Notes under the pieces: model-generated | The model's database searches: none | Told to the model about the DNA's origin: nothing | Seen by the model: the letters and a program-made list of their open reading frames with translations, nothing else | Shown: positions 31,169 through 46,391 of the stretch, piece after piece | Layout: every line of letters begins with the position of its first letter | Numbering within the stretch: position 1 is the first letter of the stretch | From: Eledone cirrhosa | Taxonomy: Eukaryota | Reading direction: 5' to 3' | Assembly (NCBI GenBank): GCA_964016885.1 | Contig: OZ024745.1 | Location: forward strand, 105,462,001-105,526,000 | DNA length: 64,000 nt | Position numbers and translations under genes: made by a program

Positions 31169-31258
<90 letters not shown>

Positions 31259-31468
31259 CGTATATATATATATACATATATATATATATGTGTGTGCGTA
31301 GAAGGTGAGTAATATTGTAACAATAAGACTATACATATTGTATACATATTGTATATATATTGTAACAAAAAGACTATACATATATCAGATAAGTAGCACT
31401 CAACAGTTGGTAGAACTGGAGTATATATAATAAAGAAGAAATTAAAAGATGGTTAAAAGAGTTCCAAA

Positions 31469-31538
31469 TATTTTATTATGCGCATTTCGAGTACAAAATC
31501 ATCCTGGGACAAACATTGTGTTCTCATCAGATAAAATA
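31469..31538 (-). ncRNA. Type I hammerhead in a pLTR-like element (31295-31600)
   Basis: Minus strand: tattttat CTGATGA gaacacaa..ttgtactc GAAA TGCGCA TA ataaaata; hairpin at 31396-31422. Confidence 0.8.
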
Positions 31539-33333
31539 AGGTAACGTGATATGAGGCATAATAGCACTTGTTTACAGGAAAGTGCTAAGTGTACATATAT
31601 AGACTTAGCACTTTCCTGTTATATAGACTTAGCACTTTCCTTTGATTCCTTTCTTTTTTACTGATTTCAGTCACTAGATTGGTGACATGCGAAGTCACCA
31701 TCTTTATTTAGTTGATCATATCGATTCTAGTAAATATAGTATCGATCTCTTATGTCGAAACACGAAATTACCTACAGGTCATAAGCAAAGACACAAACGT
31801 TAAACCAGACACTGATACACGCACACTCACACGCTCATATATATACATTTCTTTATTATGGTCCTGTTACTTTGTAGATTCAGCTATGTACTCACATGAC
31901 CAGACATCAATACCAGTTCATGCCTGCTAGACTAGAACTGATTAACCAAGTATATAGAATATTATCAAATCTAATAAGAACTCTTTGAAAACTTATATAT
32001 GATTTAATTCAAATGAATTCAAATTTATATATAATTACCACACACAATCTTTCAGAAGTCCTAATAAAAGAAATTGACCTTCATTCACCTCTCATGTCTG
32101 GATGAGGAAAGCCCTGTCGCATATTGTTTAAAACCGAATAACTTATTTAAGGGTAAGTCGTTTATCAAGAATTCTAAACTAAGTTATTTATACTCAACTG
32201 AAATTTATGTCGATTCATTTCTCTATAGATATAACAGAAAGGTATCTCAGATCATAAGAGCCAACTGAGCTGATTGTGTACTTTTACCACTGGAGCAACA
32301 TGAAATGAAGTGTTTTGCTGAAAACACAAGACAGCCCAGGAATCGAAACCACAACATTATGATCGTAAGTCTAACACCCTTACCACTAGGCCACGTGCCT
32401 ACCACAACCTGTAGGAGCCCCTATTTGGACAATACCAACCAAAGTATAATTTCCATGTGATCACTCATTTAATATGTAAAATAGAACTACTGATAAATTG
32501 AGCTGTTATGCTGAAATTATTTGTGAAAAAGTGGTTCTTTTCACATCTTAATAAAAAGTTATACTCTATAATAGTCTACTTATATTACCTAACATTAAAA
32601 AATAATACAGTAAGATTTTTCTATGGAATATAAATTGATTTATTTATTTATCTAAGTATTTAATTCGGAGAAACTAACTAACTAACGAACAAATGTTCGT
32701 TAATTAGTATGTCCGAATTTTAAATCGAAATTAAAATAACATTTTTTTAAATTATTTTTATGCCTTTTTCCTTTCGTTTTCTTTCTTTGCCTCCTTTTTT
32801 AAGTCTCACGAGATTATCGTTACTATAAAAAGCACAATACCTTCTTCTAGTCGTCACATAACATTCTATGTATACCTGTTATGGCTTAATTGCTCTAAGG
32901 TATAGTTTTCTTTTGTCTTTTATTCCACGGACAGCGCTTTGGCTTGTGTCAGACACTGTGATCCCAGGTGGACCAACATTACGGTCAATAGGGGTCGAAA
33001 TTGCCAAAGTGCACTTCGACGACTGAAGATCTTGAGATTCTGTGTCTTTCGTTTGTTTTCTTGTTTTTAGTTTAAAAAAAATTAAGGTTTCACCTTTAAA
33101 ACAATTTTCGTTCTGACTTGTTTTCGTCGTTGTCTTCTCTTTGTTAATATTCCTGATTTTATATATAAGAAATAAGTGAAAAAGCACAGGAGTATATTTA
33201 AAGGTTATTTTGTTCATTCTTTAATCTGACAGAATAAACAATTTCATAATTTTTATATTAAATGGATTGAAGCTTTGTCCAACATTACCGGTTTCGATTC
33301 TTGCGACAACAGTCTCATATACTAAACATTTCC

Positions 33334-33700
33334 CAAATAAGGTATCATAATATTTCAATTGGATACTCTCCAGGAAAATGTATAGTTGAAGTTAGATTTA
33401 AATATTTTCAAAACATCATAGTGATACCTACTTAAAGTCGTTTTTCCTCTATTCCCTAACAGGTTCGGTGGTTCAAATCAGTATCATACTTAATACTGGT
33501 TTCAATATATTAGAGGCGTGTCCTAGTATAACTGTTGTCCTATGGTTGAAACCAGTGAAAGAATAAAGAACATAGTACATCAAGGGGGGAGCTGAAAGAA
33601 TATAAACATTTTTCACCATGGGTCTCTTTAATAATTATTTGTGCTTACGAACAATGTACTAAACGTCATAAATATATTTCAATTGGTATTTTTAAATGTT
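33334..33700 (-). repeat. Inverted copy of 13905-14271
   Basis: Reverse-complement match. Confidence 0.85.
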
Positions 33701-33985
33701 CTCATATTCGGGGGGCAGTTAGAACGTATGTGAATTTTCTCAGAAAATCTATTCTTCCGGAAGTGGTCACCAGTCCTTTCATCATTACATGATTGATAAA
33801 ATAACGTACCAGAAAATGACTGGTATCGATATCATTGACTTTCCTCTTCCTTCCAAAGTGCTGGCTTTGTGCCAAAACTAGAAACAATCCTATATTATGC
33901 ACACACACACACACACATACACATATATATACACACATATATACATATACATCTATATGTATGTGCGTGTACATATACATATATA

Positions 33986-34071
<86 letters not shown>

Positions 34072-34103
34072 TAAGATCAAAAGATGGTTAAAAGAGTTCC
34101 AAG

Positions 34104-34174
34104 TATTTTACTATGCGCATTTCAAAAACAAATATCATCATGGGACGACATTTGCGCCCTCATCAGATAAAATA
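34104..34174 (-). ncRNA. Hammerhead motif (inverted arm)
   Basis: Reverse complement of 34297-34366. Confidence 0.7.
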
Positions 34175-34296
34175 GGGAGACATGATATGAAGCTTAAAAA
34201 ACACTTGCGAGGAGTGAAGTGTTAAAACAACATATGTCTGTTGATTTAACATTTCACTGCTCGCAAGTGTTTTTTAAGCTTCATATCATGTCTCCC

Positions 34297-34366
34297 TATT
34301 TTATCTGATGAGGGCGCAAATCTCGTGCCATGATGTTATTGTTTTTGAAATGCGCATAGTAAAATA
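34297..34366 (+). ncRNA. Hammerhead motif
   Basis: tattttat CTGATGA gggcgcaa..ttgttttt GAAA TGCGCA TA gtaaaata; stem II is G-U rich. Confidence 0.72.
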
Positions 34367-34490
34367 CTTGGAACTCTTTTAACTATCTTTTGATCTTATA
34401 TTATTTATACTCCAGTCCAATAAACTGTTGAGTGCTACTTATCCGATATTTCCATTGCTTTATTGTGCTACAATAAAACTCACCTCCTAC

Positions 34491-34526
<36 letters not shown>

Positions 34527-34528
<2 letters not shown>

Positions 34529-34657
34529 AGAAAGTATGACCCCGACGGCAGAGCTCAAGTCGTTTCGACTTTCTCCTATTACACACTCTACTGCCCTAAG
34601 TATTGAGTACTCTGGTGCGTTATGGTCCATCTGGTTCCTTACCACAACTCCTTCGTT
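34527..34657 (+). mobile_element. Family B pLTR-like element
   Basis: Inverted short arm joined directly to the 3' end; ACTC..GAGTAC at 34585-34610. Confidence 0.72.
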
Positions 34658-35007
34658 ATATATATATATATATATATATACACAGGTATTCTTCGGCTTA
34701 TATTCTTCGAGTTTCGTAATTTTTGAACTTAGGGCGTTCTTTCGTAATATTATTTGGCAAATATGAAACTCGTGCTATGTCGATCGACTCAACTTTACGT
34801 CAGTTTGCCAAAAATATTAGCCCATAAAAACACTAAAACAACAATGAAAACATATGAAATCATATTTAAAGAAATGCTGGAATATAACATAATGTCATGT
34901 ATAATGTATTTAGGTGTTTATAGAGGTTTAATCTGACATTCATCTTTCAAATTATGCCTTGTCTTCTGGAACTTTGTGTGTGTGTGTGTGTGTATGTGTG
35001 TGTATGC

Positions 35008-35045
<38 letters not shown>

Positions 35046-35128
35046 GTATACACACACATACACATACATACACACACACATATATATGTGTGTGTGCATG
35101 TGTGTGTGTGTGTGCGCGTGTGCGCGCG

Positions 35129-35164
<36 letters not shown>

Positions 35165-35200
35165 TTTATACATATATATACTGTATATATATATATATAG

Positions 35201-35231
<31 letters not shown>

Positions 35232-35249
35232 TATACACACACACACACA

Positions 35250-35301
<52 letters not shown>

Positions 35302-35697
35302 CTAGTATGTCTACATGCATGTATGCATATATATATATATATATTTATAACTATGTCACTTTATGTGTATTCCCATCTATCTGCTATCGCATTTAATTCA
35401 GAAATTCAACAGAGTAAATTGTGCCTCCGGAAATGAAAGAAGCGAATTTTCGAGCTCATCGTTTTCCTATTACAACATTAATCATTGCAGCATAAATGAA
35501 GCCAGAAAAGAAATTGGCCGAAATAAGCGTTCGTGGAAAATATAATAGGTTGTTGCTTTCACGTTCATTCACATATATATTATTAGATGTGATTATGCAT
35601 GTGGCTGAAAATAAACACACACAAACAAGACCACACGCGCATTCTCACAGAGGCTACACACACACCATTAACGTACATACATACATACATACATACA

Positions 35698-36043
35698 TGA
35701 TGGCTGCCCCCTCGTTATCGAGTATGGCCATTGCACTATATACCATTATTTAGTAATTATTAATTAATTCTATCGTGCAATGCCTGTGCATGAATATATT
35801 TTTTAAAGTGAGGAAAGACTGTGCACTGAGCCAATCCCACTCCCTGAGCGACAATAGTAGCTATAACCCGAAAAGAAGAAAAGATCAACATATTCGGTAA
35901 CTATTGAGCCGCAGGTTTTATATCGGAGTTATCCCAGTTTCCTGAGTTGTCTTCTCCTTTCCTTGAAGAATGCCCTGAGAAAGGCTAGGGGCCCTTCACT
36001 CCCAGTGGTTTAACCGCGCGATCGGGGTCCAGCCCGACTATTT
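35698..36043 (-). mobile_element. Sister family of the bipartite RTE-derived element
   Basis: Similar 3' end (atgatggctgccccctcgttatcgagtatggcc, also at 24883-24922) and collinear body. Confidence 0.6.
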
Positions 36044-36249
36044 CTATGTCCCCGCGCATATACATACACATGCACCAATGTATATACACATATACATATA
36101 CATACATATGTACATGTGTATATACATATTTACAAACTTTTGGATGGCTGTTGACCCATATGAGTTCTTCCGCACATACATACACACATATATACATACA
36201 TACATATATACATACATTCATACATACACACATACATGCATACATACAT

Positions 36250-39200
36250 GGTCAGTCAGTCAACGCGATCAGTCGCATATTTTGGCGTGGGAGACTATTC
36301 ATTAAATTTAAGATGAATACTATCTCCGACAGTAATGCCACACCTACAGTCATGTTGAATAACTGCTTATTATTCTAACTATATCCACTGAAGACACCTT
36401 CTATTCGAATTCGTAGAGATATCCGACTAAATACATAATTCATTTTACAAGGATTTGCTACAAACAGCATGACTGAACACAACATCAACAACAACAATAT
36501 CAATGGAATACCGAAGAAAAACGAGAAAGGTAAACAAAATTTATTCAGTTGTAGCTACAGAAGAAACCGAAATTATAAATCACATTTCTCTTGGAGTTGC
36601 GAACTTAATGATGATTTATTAAATTGTTATAAAATGGCAAAAAACAATCCCTCCATTGGCTATATGAACAGAGTGAAGCTACACTGGGACGAAATACATC
36701 CAGAGCTAAATCACTTCACAGCGAAACAATTACGCCAACAAGCGACGTTTGTTGAACGTAAAAATAAGATAAATAGTATTAATTGTAAATCCTCCACAAC
36801 AAACATGGGATCAACAACACGTGCTACAGGTCGCCATGCTACTAGACTTCCTAGCAGCCAGGTCGAACAATGCCCTGAAACAACTATGCCTCTAAGAAAC
36901 TTGACACCACGTGTACCATCTAAGTCTACCTCAAATGCTGGGGAAAACACTATCGACAATAATAATAATCGAAGAAATAATAATAATTATCGAAGAAATG
37001 TGACACCACGTGTACCATTCGAGTCTACCTCGACTGTTGTGGAAAATACTATCGATAATGATAATAATTAAAAGTATAAACAATTGAAAATTTCCCCCAG
37101 CGAAATCTTCCAGAGAGAAATTAACTCATGTATAAATATCTCTCTTGCTGAACGTATTAAAACGACAATATTTAATAAAAAAAACTAAATAATGAAATAT
37201 TACGTGTTATTGACGAAATAGGGAATGAATATTTAAGACGGATAAAAACCCCAACATTTTGGCAAATAAACGCCTCTTTATATGCCTTAGCAACGACAGT
37301 AAAACATTATCTTGGTGATAGCAGAGATTAACAAGAACAAAACACCACCAAAAATACCATCATATATAACTAAAATAGAAAACAAGATTGCTGACCTACG
37401 AAAAACCATAGGATATGTGACAATGCTCCTTACATGCAAACAAACACAAAAGACCTCACTCCTCACTAACAAAGAGTGAACAATTAAATAGAGATGATGT
37501 TTGGTAACAGTAGAACCAGAACTCTCCAATATAAGCTGATCACCCTCAAACAAGAATTGAGAGCTGTTAGCGAAAAACGCCGATACCTGAAGAAGGTAGA
37601 TGAAAGAAAATTGCTTAATAAAAGATTCAGACGAAACCAAACATCAGTCGATAGAGATATGAAAGACAACATAATAAGTGTCAGTGAGGCCCCATCCCAG
37701 AAAGACATAAATACCTTTTGGAGAAAAATATGAGGTGAAAAGAAGAATTTCAACCAAGATGCAGTGTGGCTAAAAGAAATCCGAAAGAACTATTACTCCT
37801 ACACTACAACAAAAACATACGAAATAAATGAGGGTATCCTTAAGACTGTGGTAGGAAAATTCCAAGATGAGAAAACACCAGAAAGAGACATAATTATCGG
37901 CTACTGGTACAAACAACTGATATTCTATCGGAGGTATCTTACTGACCTCTACCAACAAGTTCTTAAGTGAGATACACTTATACCAGAATGGTTGACATTA
38001 GCACAAACATTTCTGGTCCCCAACAACAAAGACACGGACTTGGCAAAAATCTACCTACCCATTGCATGCCAGAACCTGATGTATAAGCTGTATACAGCCT
38101 GCCTAAACCTATTTCTCCGAGATCACTGTAAATATAATAACATCATCACAGCAAGCATGCTGGAAAGAAAGGGGTTTGGGGATGTGCTGAACAACTAATC
38201 AACAAAACTGCGATGTCGGAGGTGCGACAACTTAGGAAGAATATGGCTACAGTCTGGCTGGACTACAGGAAAACTTTCGATCCTCTTCCCCACTCTTGGA
38301 TGATAGAAGCCCTCCAACTTGCTAAAGTCCCAGACTAATTATCAGAGCCATAGAGAAGCTGTCTTCTTCTTGGGTTACTATCCTAAAGTTAAAGACAGAG
38401 AAGGAGGACTCTATTTTCACTGATAAAATAAAATTTCGCAGGGGTATATTTCAGGGGGACAGTCTCTCTGTGATATTATTCATCCTGTCATTAAACCCCT
38501 TGTCCTTTCTGCTCAAGAAATGTGAAGGATACATCATTGGCTCACAGGAGGACAGAAATACGAACCTAACCCATAATTTCTTTGTGGATGATCTGAAATT
38601 CTATGCTATGGAATGAAGAAAAATCTTCACCTGGTTACAATGTTCTCAAAGGATATAGGAATGGAGTTTGGCCAAGATAAATGCGGGGAAAAACAACAAC
38701 CCTATCTAGCTACATTGTCATCAATGGCCTAACTGTTTCACCGATATCTGATGAGGACTGCTACAGATACCTGGGGATAGATGAGAACATATCCTATAAT
38801 GGTATCTGTAATAAGGAACGCGTAACCAGGGAATACTACACCCGATTAAGAAATATATGGTCATCGGAACTCTCTGCGCAAAATAAAGCAGTGGCTCACA
38901 ATGTGTTTGCTGTGCCTGTCTTAACACCAACGTTTGGAATACTCAACTGGACGATAGACGAAATCCGAGTATTTGATGTTAGAACTCAAAAAATACTAAA
39001 CGACACAGGAAACTTCCACATCATCAGTGACATAGATCGCCTTTACTTGAAATGTAAGCAGGGAGGCAGAGGCCTAACATCAGTCCAGACTGCATTTGAA
39101 TGTTGCATCATATCCTTCCGACAACATCTACGAACCTCGAAGCGTAGGAGCCCGTCTCTCGAGCAAGTCTATCTGCATGAAACAGATAGGATCATGAGAG

Positions 39201-40301
39201 TTGGTAAGGAACTCCTCTAGAGATATTCCATGTGTGATAAACAAAATCTCACACCCAGGGAAGTTGCCCAGTAGTATCGCAGTGAATCCATGGATGAAAA
39301 ACTGCATGCTTATCAGAAAAAAAATCATTCATGGATATGTTGCCAGGAAGCTCCAGAGTGAGAGTAATATAGATAAGGAAAGTAGTGTATCTTGGACCAA
39401 CAACCGCTATATTGGCTCCCAATTTGAAGGATACGCTTTTGCAATCCAAGAACAGGAAATTAACACGAAATACCTGATTCACAAAAGAGATAGGGATGCA
39501 GGCAAAACACCTAGATGTGATAACAAGTACAGACTCTGCAGAACTAACATCGAGGATATCACCCATGTTATCAGCAGCTGTCCAAAGATGTCATCATGTT
39601 ACTATCTACCTATGAGGCATGATGTAGTGGCAACACACTGTACAATGCAATGCGTAGAAAAGATAGCCTCGATAATAAACACATTAAAAGCTACAGCTAT
39701 GTGGAAGACATCCATGCACATAATATGAAAGAGTACTGGTGGAATGTTCCAGTATAAACCCCAATAAAATGCAGGCATAACAGACCAGATATTATGATAT
39801 GGGACAGGGAAAAGAAAGTATGCACAGTAGTGGAAGTTAGCTGCCCAGCAGATGCTAATATAATGTCAAAGATTAGCGAAAAGTAGAATATTTATGCAGA
39901 ACTGATGAGATACTCCACTCTGATTACACCTTCAGCTTTATGCCTGTGATTATTGGGGCACTGGGATATGTTAGTAACTGCCTCAATACAAATCTTGAGA
40001 AGCTAGGCTTCACAGGAACAGAAAGAACACAACTAGTTAGGAAATTACAAGAACAATCCATTAACGGAACAGTAAAAATATGTAAAACTTTCCAAAAATT
40101 GTTGATTAGGAGTTGTTCAGCACATCCCCAAACCCCTTTCTTTCCAGCATGCTTGCTGTGATGATGTTATTATATTTACAGTGATCTCGGAGGAATGGGT
40201 TCAGGCAGGCTGTATACAGCTTATACATCAGTCTTGTGTCTATGTTAGAAACCGACTCTCTTTCTATTGGTAAAAATTTGTGAAATTATAAAACCAGAAG
40301 A
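36250..40301 (+). mobile_element. Near full-length decayed R4/Dong-like RLE non-LTR retrotransposon
   Basis: RGIFQGDSLS, FVDD, YRYLG, RLYL....GGRGL, zinc knuckle (YRLC..EDITHVISSC), RHD, RPDI.IWD..VVEV; many stops and frameshifts; (CATA)n on both sides. Confidence 0.88.
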
Positions 40302-40359
40302 ACATACATACATACATACATACTTACATACATACATACATACATACACACATATCTAC

Positions 40360-40700
40360 GTATGAGGTATGTTATAGTGGCCAAAATACTCTACTATGCA
40401 ATCCATAGAAAATATAGCCCCGAAAATATACACATTAAAACCTACAGCAATGTGGAAGACATACATATGCATAATATGAAAGAGTACTGGTGGAATGTTC
40501 CAGTAAAAGCCCCAATAAAATGCAGGCATAACAGACCAGTTATAATGAAATGGTACAGGGAAAAGAAGGCATGCACAGTAGTGGGAGATTATATTGACAT
40601 CTGCCCAGCAGATGTCAATATAATATCAAAGATTAGCGAAAAGGAGAATATGTATCCAGAACTAATGAGAAATTTACAGATACTCCACCCTGACTATATC
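40360..40700 (+). mobile_element. Second, diverged RLE-domain fragment of the same family
   Basis: Repeats about 39610-39925 (KEYWWNVPVK..KCRHNRP). Confidence 0.8.
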
Positions 40701-40726
40701 TCCAACCGGAAGGTTGTTTATATACT

Positions 40727-40769
40727 ATCAAAGCTCTTTCGTCACACATTCTGTGACCTCCTCAGTGAC
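40727..40769 (-). ncRNA. Hammerhead motif in a Penelope fragment (40701-40921)
   Basis: Minus strand: gtca CTGAGGA ggtcac..gtgac GAAA GAGC TT tgat; same family as 20261-21060. Confidence 0.7.
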
Positions 40770-40924
40770 TAGGTTTTTATTTTGTGTGTCTCTCCTTTGT
40801 TCTGTCCCCTAGACCATCTTGCGTATGTTTTTATTGGCAGCATGACCCTCCCTAAATATAACAATATCTGTTCCAACACAAGTTTTCAGATAAGAAATCT
40901 CGCAAAACAAATTCAAACACGAAT

Positions 40925-40956
<32 letters not shown>

Positions 40957-41160
40957 GGTAAGTTATTCCGGGTTGAATCGAAGGTAACCACAGTAAAGGT
41001 ATATATATAATCGGAGGTAACCACAGTAAATATATATATTTTATATATTTTATAATTTTTGCTGGACAGGCAATAGCTTTGTATAATCAGCTCCGGATTA
41101 TTACTGGAATTCTATAAGAATCCAGCTTCTATGATTTTCGTCGAAAGCAGGGGAGTACGT

Positions 41161-41202
41161 AGCTCTGATTAACGCCAACCAGCGAGAAACAGACTGCTAG
41201 CT
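41161..41202 (+). ncRNA. Degenerate hammerhead motif
   Basis: agct CTGATTA acgc..gcga GAAA CAGACTG CT agct; two core substitutions. Confidence 0.4.
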
Positions 41203-41359
41203 TCTCTCCCTTCTTTCACCGAAAAGAAGTGACATAGTCACTACTTTAAAACTGATAGCGTATTGTCTTCTAAATGTTTTTATTTAAACATACGGTATAT
41301 TACCAAATATATTATACATGCATTCATGTATACATCGCTATTTCAGAGCACCAATCCTA

Positions 41360-41565
<206 letters not shown>

Positions 41566-41690
41566 TAGATGGCCCGTCCGGCTGGCGCTCGGCTACCATT
41601 GGCGTGTTCTACGGCATCCAGATATATATATATAGCTGACGTACCTAGCTTCGCTTCGATAAACAGACGATATGCCGTCTGTGTTATAAG

Positions 41691-42475
41691 GTATTACTGT
41701 TGAAAATACATAGTATATTATAGTATGACTGTTGAAAATATATAGTATAGTATAGTATGACTGTTGAAAACATATAGTATAGTATAGTATTATTGTTGAA
41801 AATATATAGTACAGTATTACTGTTGAAAATATATAGAATAGTATTACTGTTGAAAATATATAGTACAGTATTACTGTTGAAAATATATAGTACAGTATTA
41901 CTATTGAAAATATATAGTACAGTATTACTATTGAAAATATATAGTACAGTATTACTATTGAAAATATATAGTTCAGTATTACTGTTGAAAATATATAGTA
42001 CAGTATTACTATTGAAAATATATAGAATAGTATTACTGTTGAAAATATATAGTACAGTATTACTATTGAAAATATATAGTTCAGTATTACTGTTGAAAAT
42101 ATATAGTACAGTATTACTATTGAAATTATATAGAATAGTATTACTGTTGAAAATATATAGTATAGTATTACTATTGAAAATATATAGTACAGTATTACTG
42201 TTGAAAATATATAGTACAGTATTACTGTTAAAAATATATAGTACAGTATTACTGTTGAAAATATATAGTACAGTATTACTATTGAAAATATATAGAATAG
42301 TATTACTGTTGAAAATATATAGTATAGTATTACTGTTGAAAATATATAGTATAGTATTACTATTGAAAATATATAGTACAGTATTACTGTTAAAAATATA
42401 TAGTACAGTATTACTATTGAAAATATATAGTATAGTATAGTATTACCGTTGAAAATATATAGTATAGTATAGTAT
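41691..42475. repeat. 27-bp minisatellite (gtattactgttgaaaatatatagtaca)
   Basis: More than 25 units; lies among Helitron-like ends at 41565, about 41633 and 42475. Confidence 0.95.
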
Positions 42476-42620
42476 TAGCAGAATGGCCCGGCGTTACGCG
42501 GGATTTGCTCTAGGGTTCTTATATATTTGATATATAATTATCCTTATCGACCCTCGTGAAATAAATACGTTTTTTATATTTTTTTTATTGTGTATACAAA
42601 AATATCTGTACACGAATATA

Positions 42621-42684
<64 letters not shown>

Positions 42685-42807
42685 AATAACAGATTAAAGT
42701 TTAAGCAAAGAATCGTTGATTTCACCGTTAATGGGATCTTCTGAAACTAAAAAAAAACTGTTAAGATCTTCTTCCTGGGCATGTCAATATTTATAAAACA
42801 AACTTTG

Positions 42808-42868
42808 TATTTTATCTGATGAGGGCGTACCAAAGTTTTGGTACCCTTGAAATATATATAATAGAATA
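42808..42868 (+). ncRNA. Type I hammerhead ribozyme motif
   Basis: tattttat CTGATGA gggcgtaccaaa gt tttggtaccctt GAAA TATATA TA atagaata; GAGTGC at 42937. Confidence 0.85.
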
Positions 42869-43162
42869 AATATGGTTTTATATATATAGTTTACATTAAT
42901 TTAATATCATTGAATATTATACTACAAAAAATTGTCGAGTGCTTTGAATCAGTTATAAACATTTATATTTGTTGAATTACCAACAAATTAAATATCCCTT
43001 TTGTATATATATATATTTATATATAGATAGATATATACACACTGTAATCATTAGATGGAAGCCCTGCAACTAATATTAAACTGTTTGGATAATATGTACA
43101 CTCCGCTTTGAATAGAATATTGATTAACCAGTTGAATAATGGACTTACTAGTTGTTAAACTA

Positions 43163-43351
43163 ATAATTGTTTCTACTTTTGGCACAAGGCCAGCAAATAC
43201 ACAGTGCATTACTGGTACTTTATTTTATCGACCCCGTAAGGATGAAAGGCAAAGTCAACCTAGGCGGGATTTGAACTCAGATTGTAAAGGGACGTAACTA
43301 TGCTGGAAAGCATGGCGTCCGACCCTCTACCGATACTGCCAATCCACCGCC
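43163..43351 (-). mobile_element. MetaSINE-like SINE
   Basis: Full copy; gttgttaaactaataat on both sides. Confidence 0.88.
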
Positions 43352-43440
43352 GTTGTTAACGTTGTTAAACTAATAATACCATTATATCTCAGTGTCTGTC
43401 TGTATGTCCTTAAATATATATACATACATATATGCATACA

Positions 43441-43494
<54 letters not shown>

Positions 43495-43534
43495 CGATAT
43501 TAACAAATGGAAACTATATTTATAAAACCATATC

Positions 43535-43599
43535 TATTTTATTATACATATTTCAAGGATACCATGTTAAATTATGGTATGCTTTCATCAGACAAAATA
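43535..43599 (-). ncRNA. Type I hammerhead ribozyme motif
   Basis: Minus strand: tattttgt CTGATGA aagcataccat..atggtatcctt GAAA TATGTA TA ataaaata. Confidence 0.85.
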
Positions 43600-43789
43600 C
43601 AATATATAACAGTTTTATAAATAAATTTTAACATACCCTTTCAAAATGCAACCGTTACTTTTGGAAGACATCAGGATATTTGATTTGTTTATCTTAGTAA
43701 GTCATTGTGTTACGGAGAATACTTCGAGTGCTTTATATCAGTTATAAAAATATTTGCTTGTTGTATCCCAACAATTTAAATAGAACTTT

Positions 43790-44500
<711 letters not shown>

Positions 44501-44544
44501 TATAAAACGAAAAATCAGTGATGCATCTGAAATCAATTTATTCT

Positions 44545-44632
44545 GTGTTACAATTGTTTCGCCGACAGACAGCTCGAGACACGATCATTGTGTGGATCTG
44601 TCTGATTCTGGATCTGCAGATTCGTCGGACAC
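44545..44632 (-). ncRNA. Degenerate hammerhead motif
   Basis: Minus strand: gtgt CCGACGA ..cagacag..ctgtctg.. GAAA CAATTG TA acac; U4 changed to C. Confidence 0.5.
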
Positions 44633-44857
44633 TTCTAATGACTTCGGATCAAATTTTCTCACTGGTGTGTCAGCGTCAAAAAACATCCTCTTCGCTCGTC
44701 CTGCTATTGGCTGTTGTTTTTCAACGTCATCATAAATTTTGACCAACAGGTACTCTCAAACTGACCATCAGCTGTCCTTTTTTTCTGCCACACTTCAATG
44801 AATCCCTGCTGGGTTTGGTAGTTCACACGTCCACGCGCGCTACACACACATATATAC

Positions 44858-44893
<36 letters not shown>

Positions 44894-45305
44894 GCGCGCG
44901 CGCGCGATCATATAAATAACAACATCCGTACGCATATACTCTCGCTATACATACGCACCTAAAGTGAACCCATAAAGCTATAGACATACGCGTCCACAGA
45001 CGCCTGCCTACATGCCCACGTACATCAACTCACACACACACGCCCGCACACGCACACAGGCGCACACACATGCATACGCGTATATCTACTCGTATACACA
45101 AACACGTACAGACATATCCATAGACACACACACGCACATACACACACGTGTCCATATAAACAGGCACAAAAACAGACTCGCTCGCTCTGTAAGAACATAG
45201 AGTGCTCAACCAGCATACCACCCATGGAAGCATCTTAGCTACCACCAGACACACATATATATACATATATATATATTTGGAACTCTCTTCCCACACACTT
45301 TTCTC

Positions 45306-45333
45306 CCGAAGAAGGGCTTATGCCCGAAACGTT
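45306..45333 (+). ncRNA. Degenerate minimal hammerhead of Penelope type
   Basis: CCGAAGA agggc ttat gccc GAAACGTT; no stem I. Confidence 0.4.
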
Positions 45334-45421
45334 GTTTCCCACCACCACCCCACTCTCAAGAGCGTGAAACTAATAAACCTTTGTTCGTACTGCCTCTCTG
45401 TTTTGTTCCCGTTCAATTTTT

Positions 45422-45505
<84 letters not shown>

Positions 45506-45528
45506 GCGCGCACACACAGACACACACA

Positions 45529-45598
<70 letters not shown>

Positions 45599-46106
45599 AA
45601 AAAAAATATAGATGCGTTTGTGTATATGTGAGCATGTGTGTGTGAGCATGTTTGTGAACCTCAGTGTGTGAGTGTATGCGTGTATGAATAGTGTGCGCTT
45701 GCGATTATATTTGTTCCTTTTTTATCACAATAATGCATAAGTAGGAATTAGATTTGAGATACCAAACAAAGTTCTCGTATGTCTCGACGAACATTAAATT
45801 CAGATACAATTATGTATCATTGTCATAATTGTTTTCGAAAATCCTTTCGGTGATAAACAAAATCAACGGAATATCGATGTCCAATATCAAATCATTTGTA
45901 CTGGTTAAAATGTATTGGGTCATCAAGTATGAAATTTGTAGAAATTTGTCGAAAAAGAAACAAATTTCTACAAATTTCATACTTGACGACCCAATATATG
46001 TTTCTATCTTTACATGTTTGTATGTATGGTACATAAACATCTTTGCGTATGATATATGGACATCTTAGCGTGTATTCATACACTCACGCACATCAAACAC
46101 ACACAC

Positions 46107-46179
<73 letters not shown>

Positions 46180-46218
46180 TATAAGTATTAATAAAATAGA
46201 TGTTCTTTTGATCAATTA

Positions 46219-46273
46219 CATTTTATTATACATATTTCGGATGTACAACAGTATGTCCTCATCAGACAAAATA
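46219..46273 (-). ncRNA. Hammerhead motif (inverted arm)
   Basis: Reverse complement of 46392-46446. Confidence 0.8.
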
Positions 46274-46391
46274 TAATGATACATGACATACCCTGAGATG
46301 TTAAATGGTTAAGATTTAATCAAGGTAGACTACCTTGATTAAATCTTAAATCTTAACCATTTAAGATCTCATGGTATGTCATGTATCATTA

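Larger units (their letters stand above)
34070..34492 (+). mobile_element. Foldback pLTR-like element (about 160-bp arms) in (TA)n
   Basis: Near-perfect palindrome 34070-34400; 3' extension with ACTC..GAGTGC at 34409-34435. Confidence 0.82.

Noticed and set aside
32879-33217. 112-aa ORF
   Set aside because: AT-rich, no recognisable domain.
36283-36430. Ribozyme in the R4-like 5' UTR
   Set aside because: Hairpins and a CTGAAGA are present but cannot be assembled into a hammerhead or HDV fold.
41793-42440. 215-aa LLLKIYSTV repeat ORF or CRISPR-like array
   Set aside because: Head-to-tail 27-bp minisatellite with no unique spacers and no cas genes.
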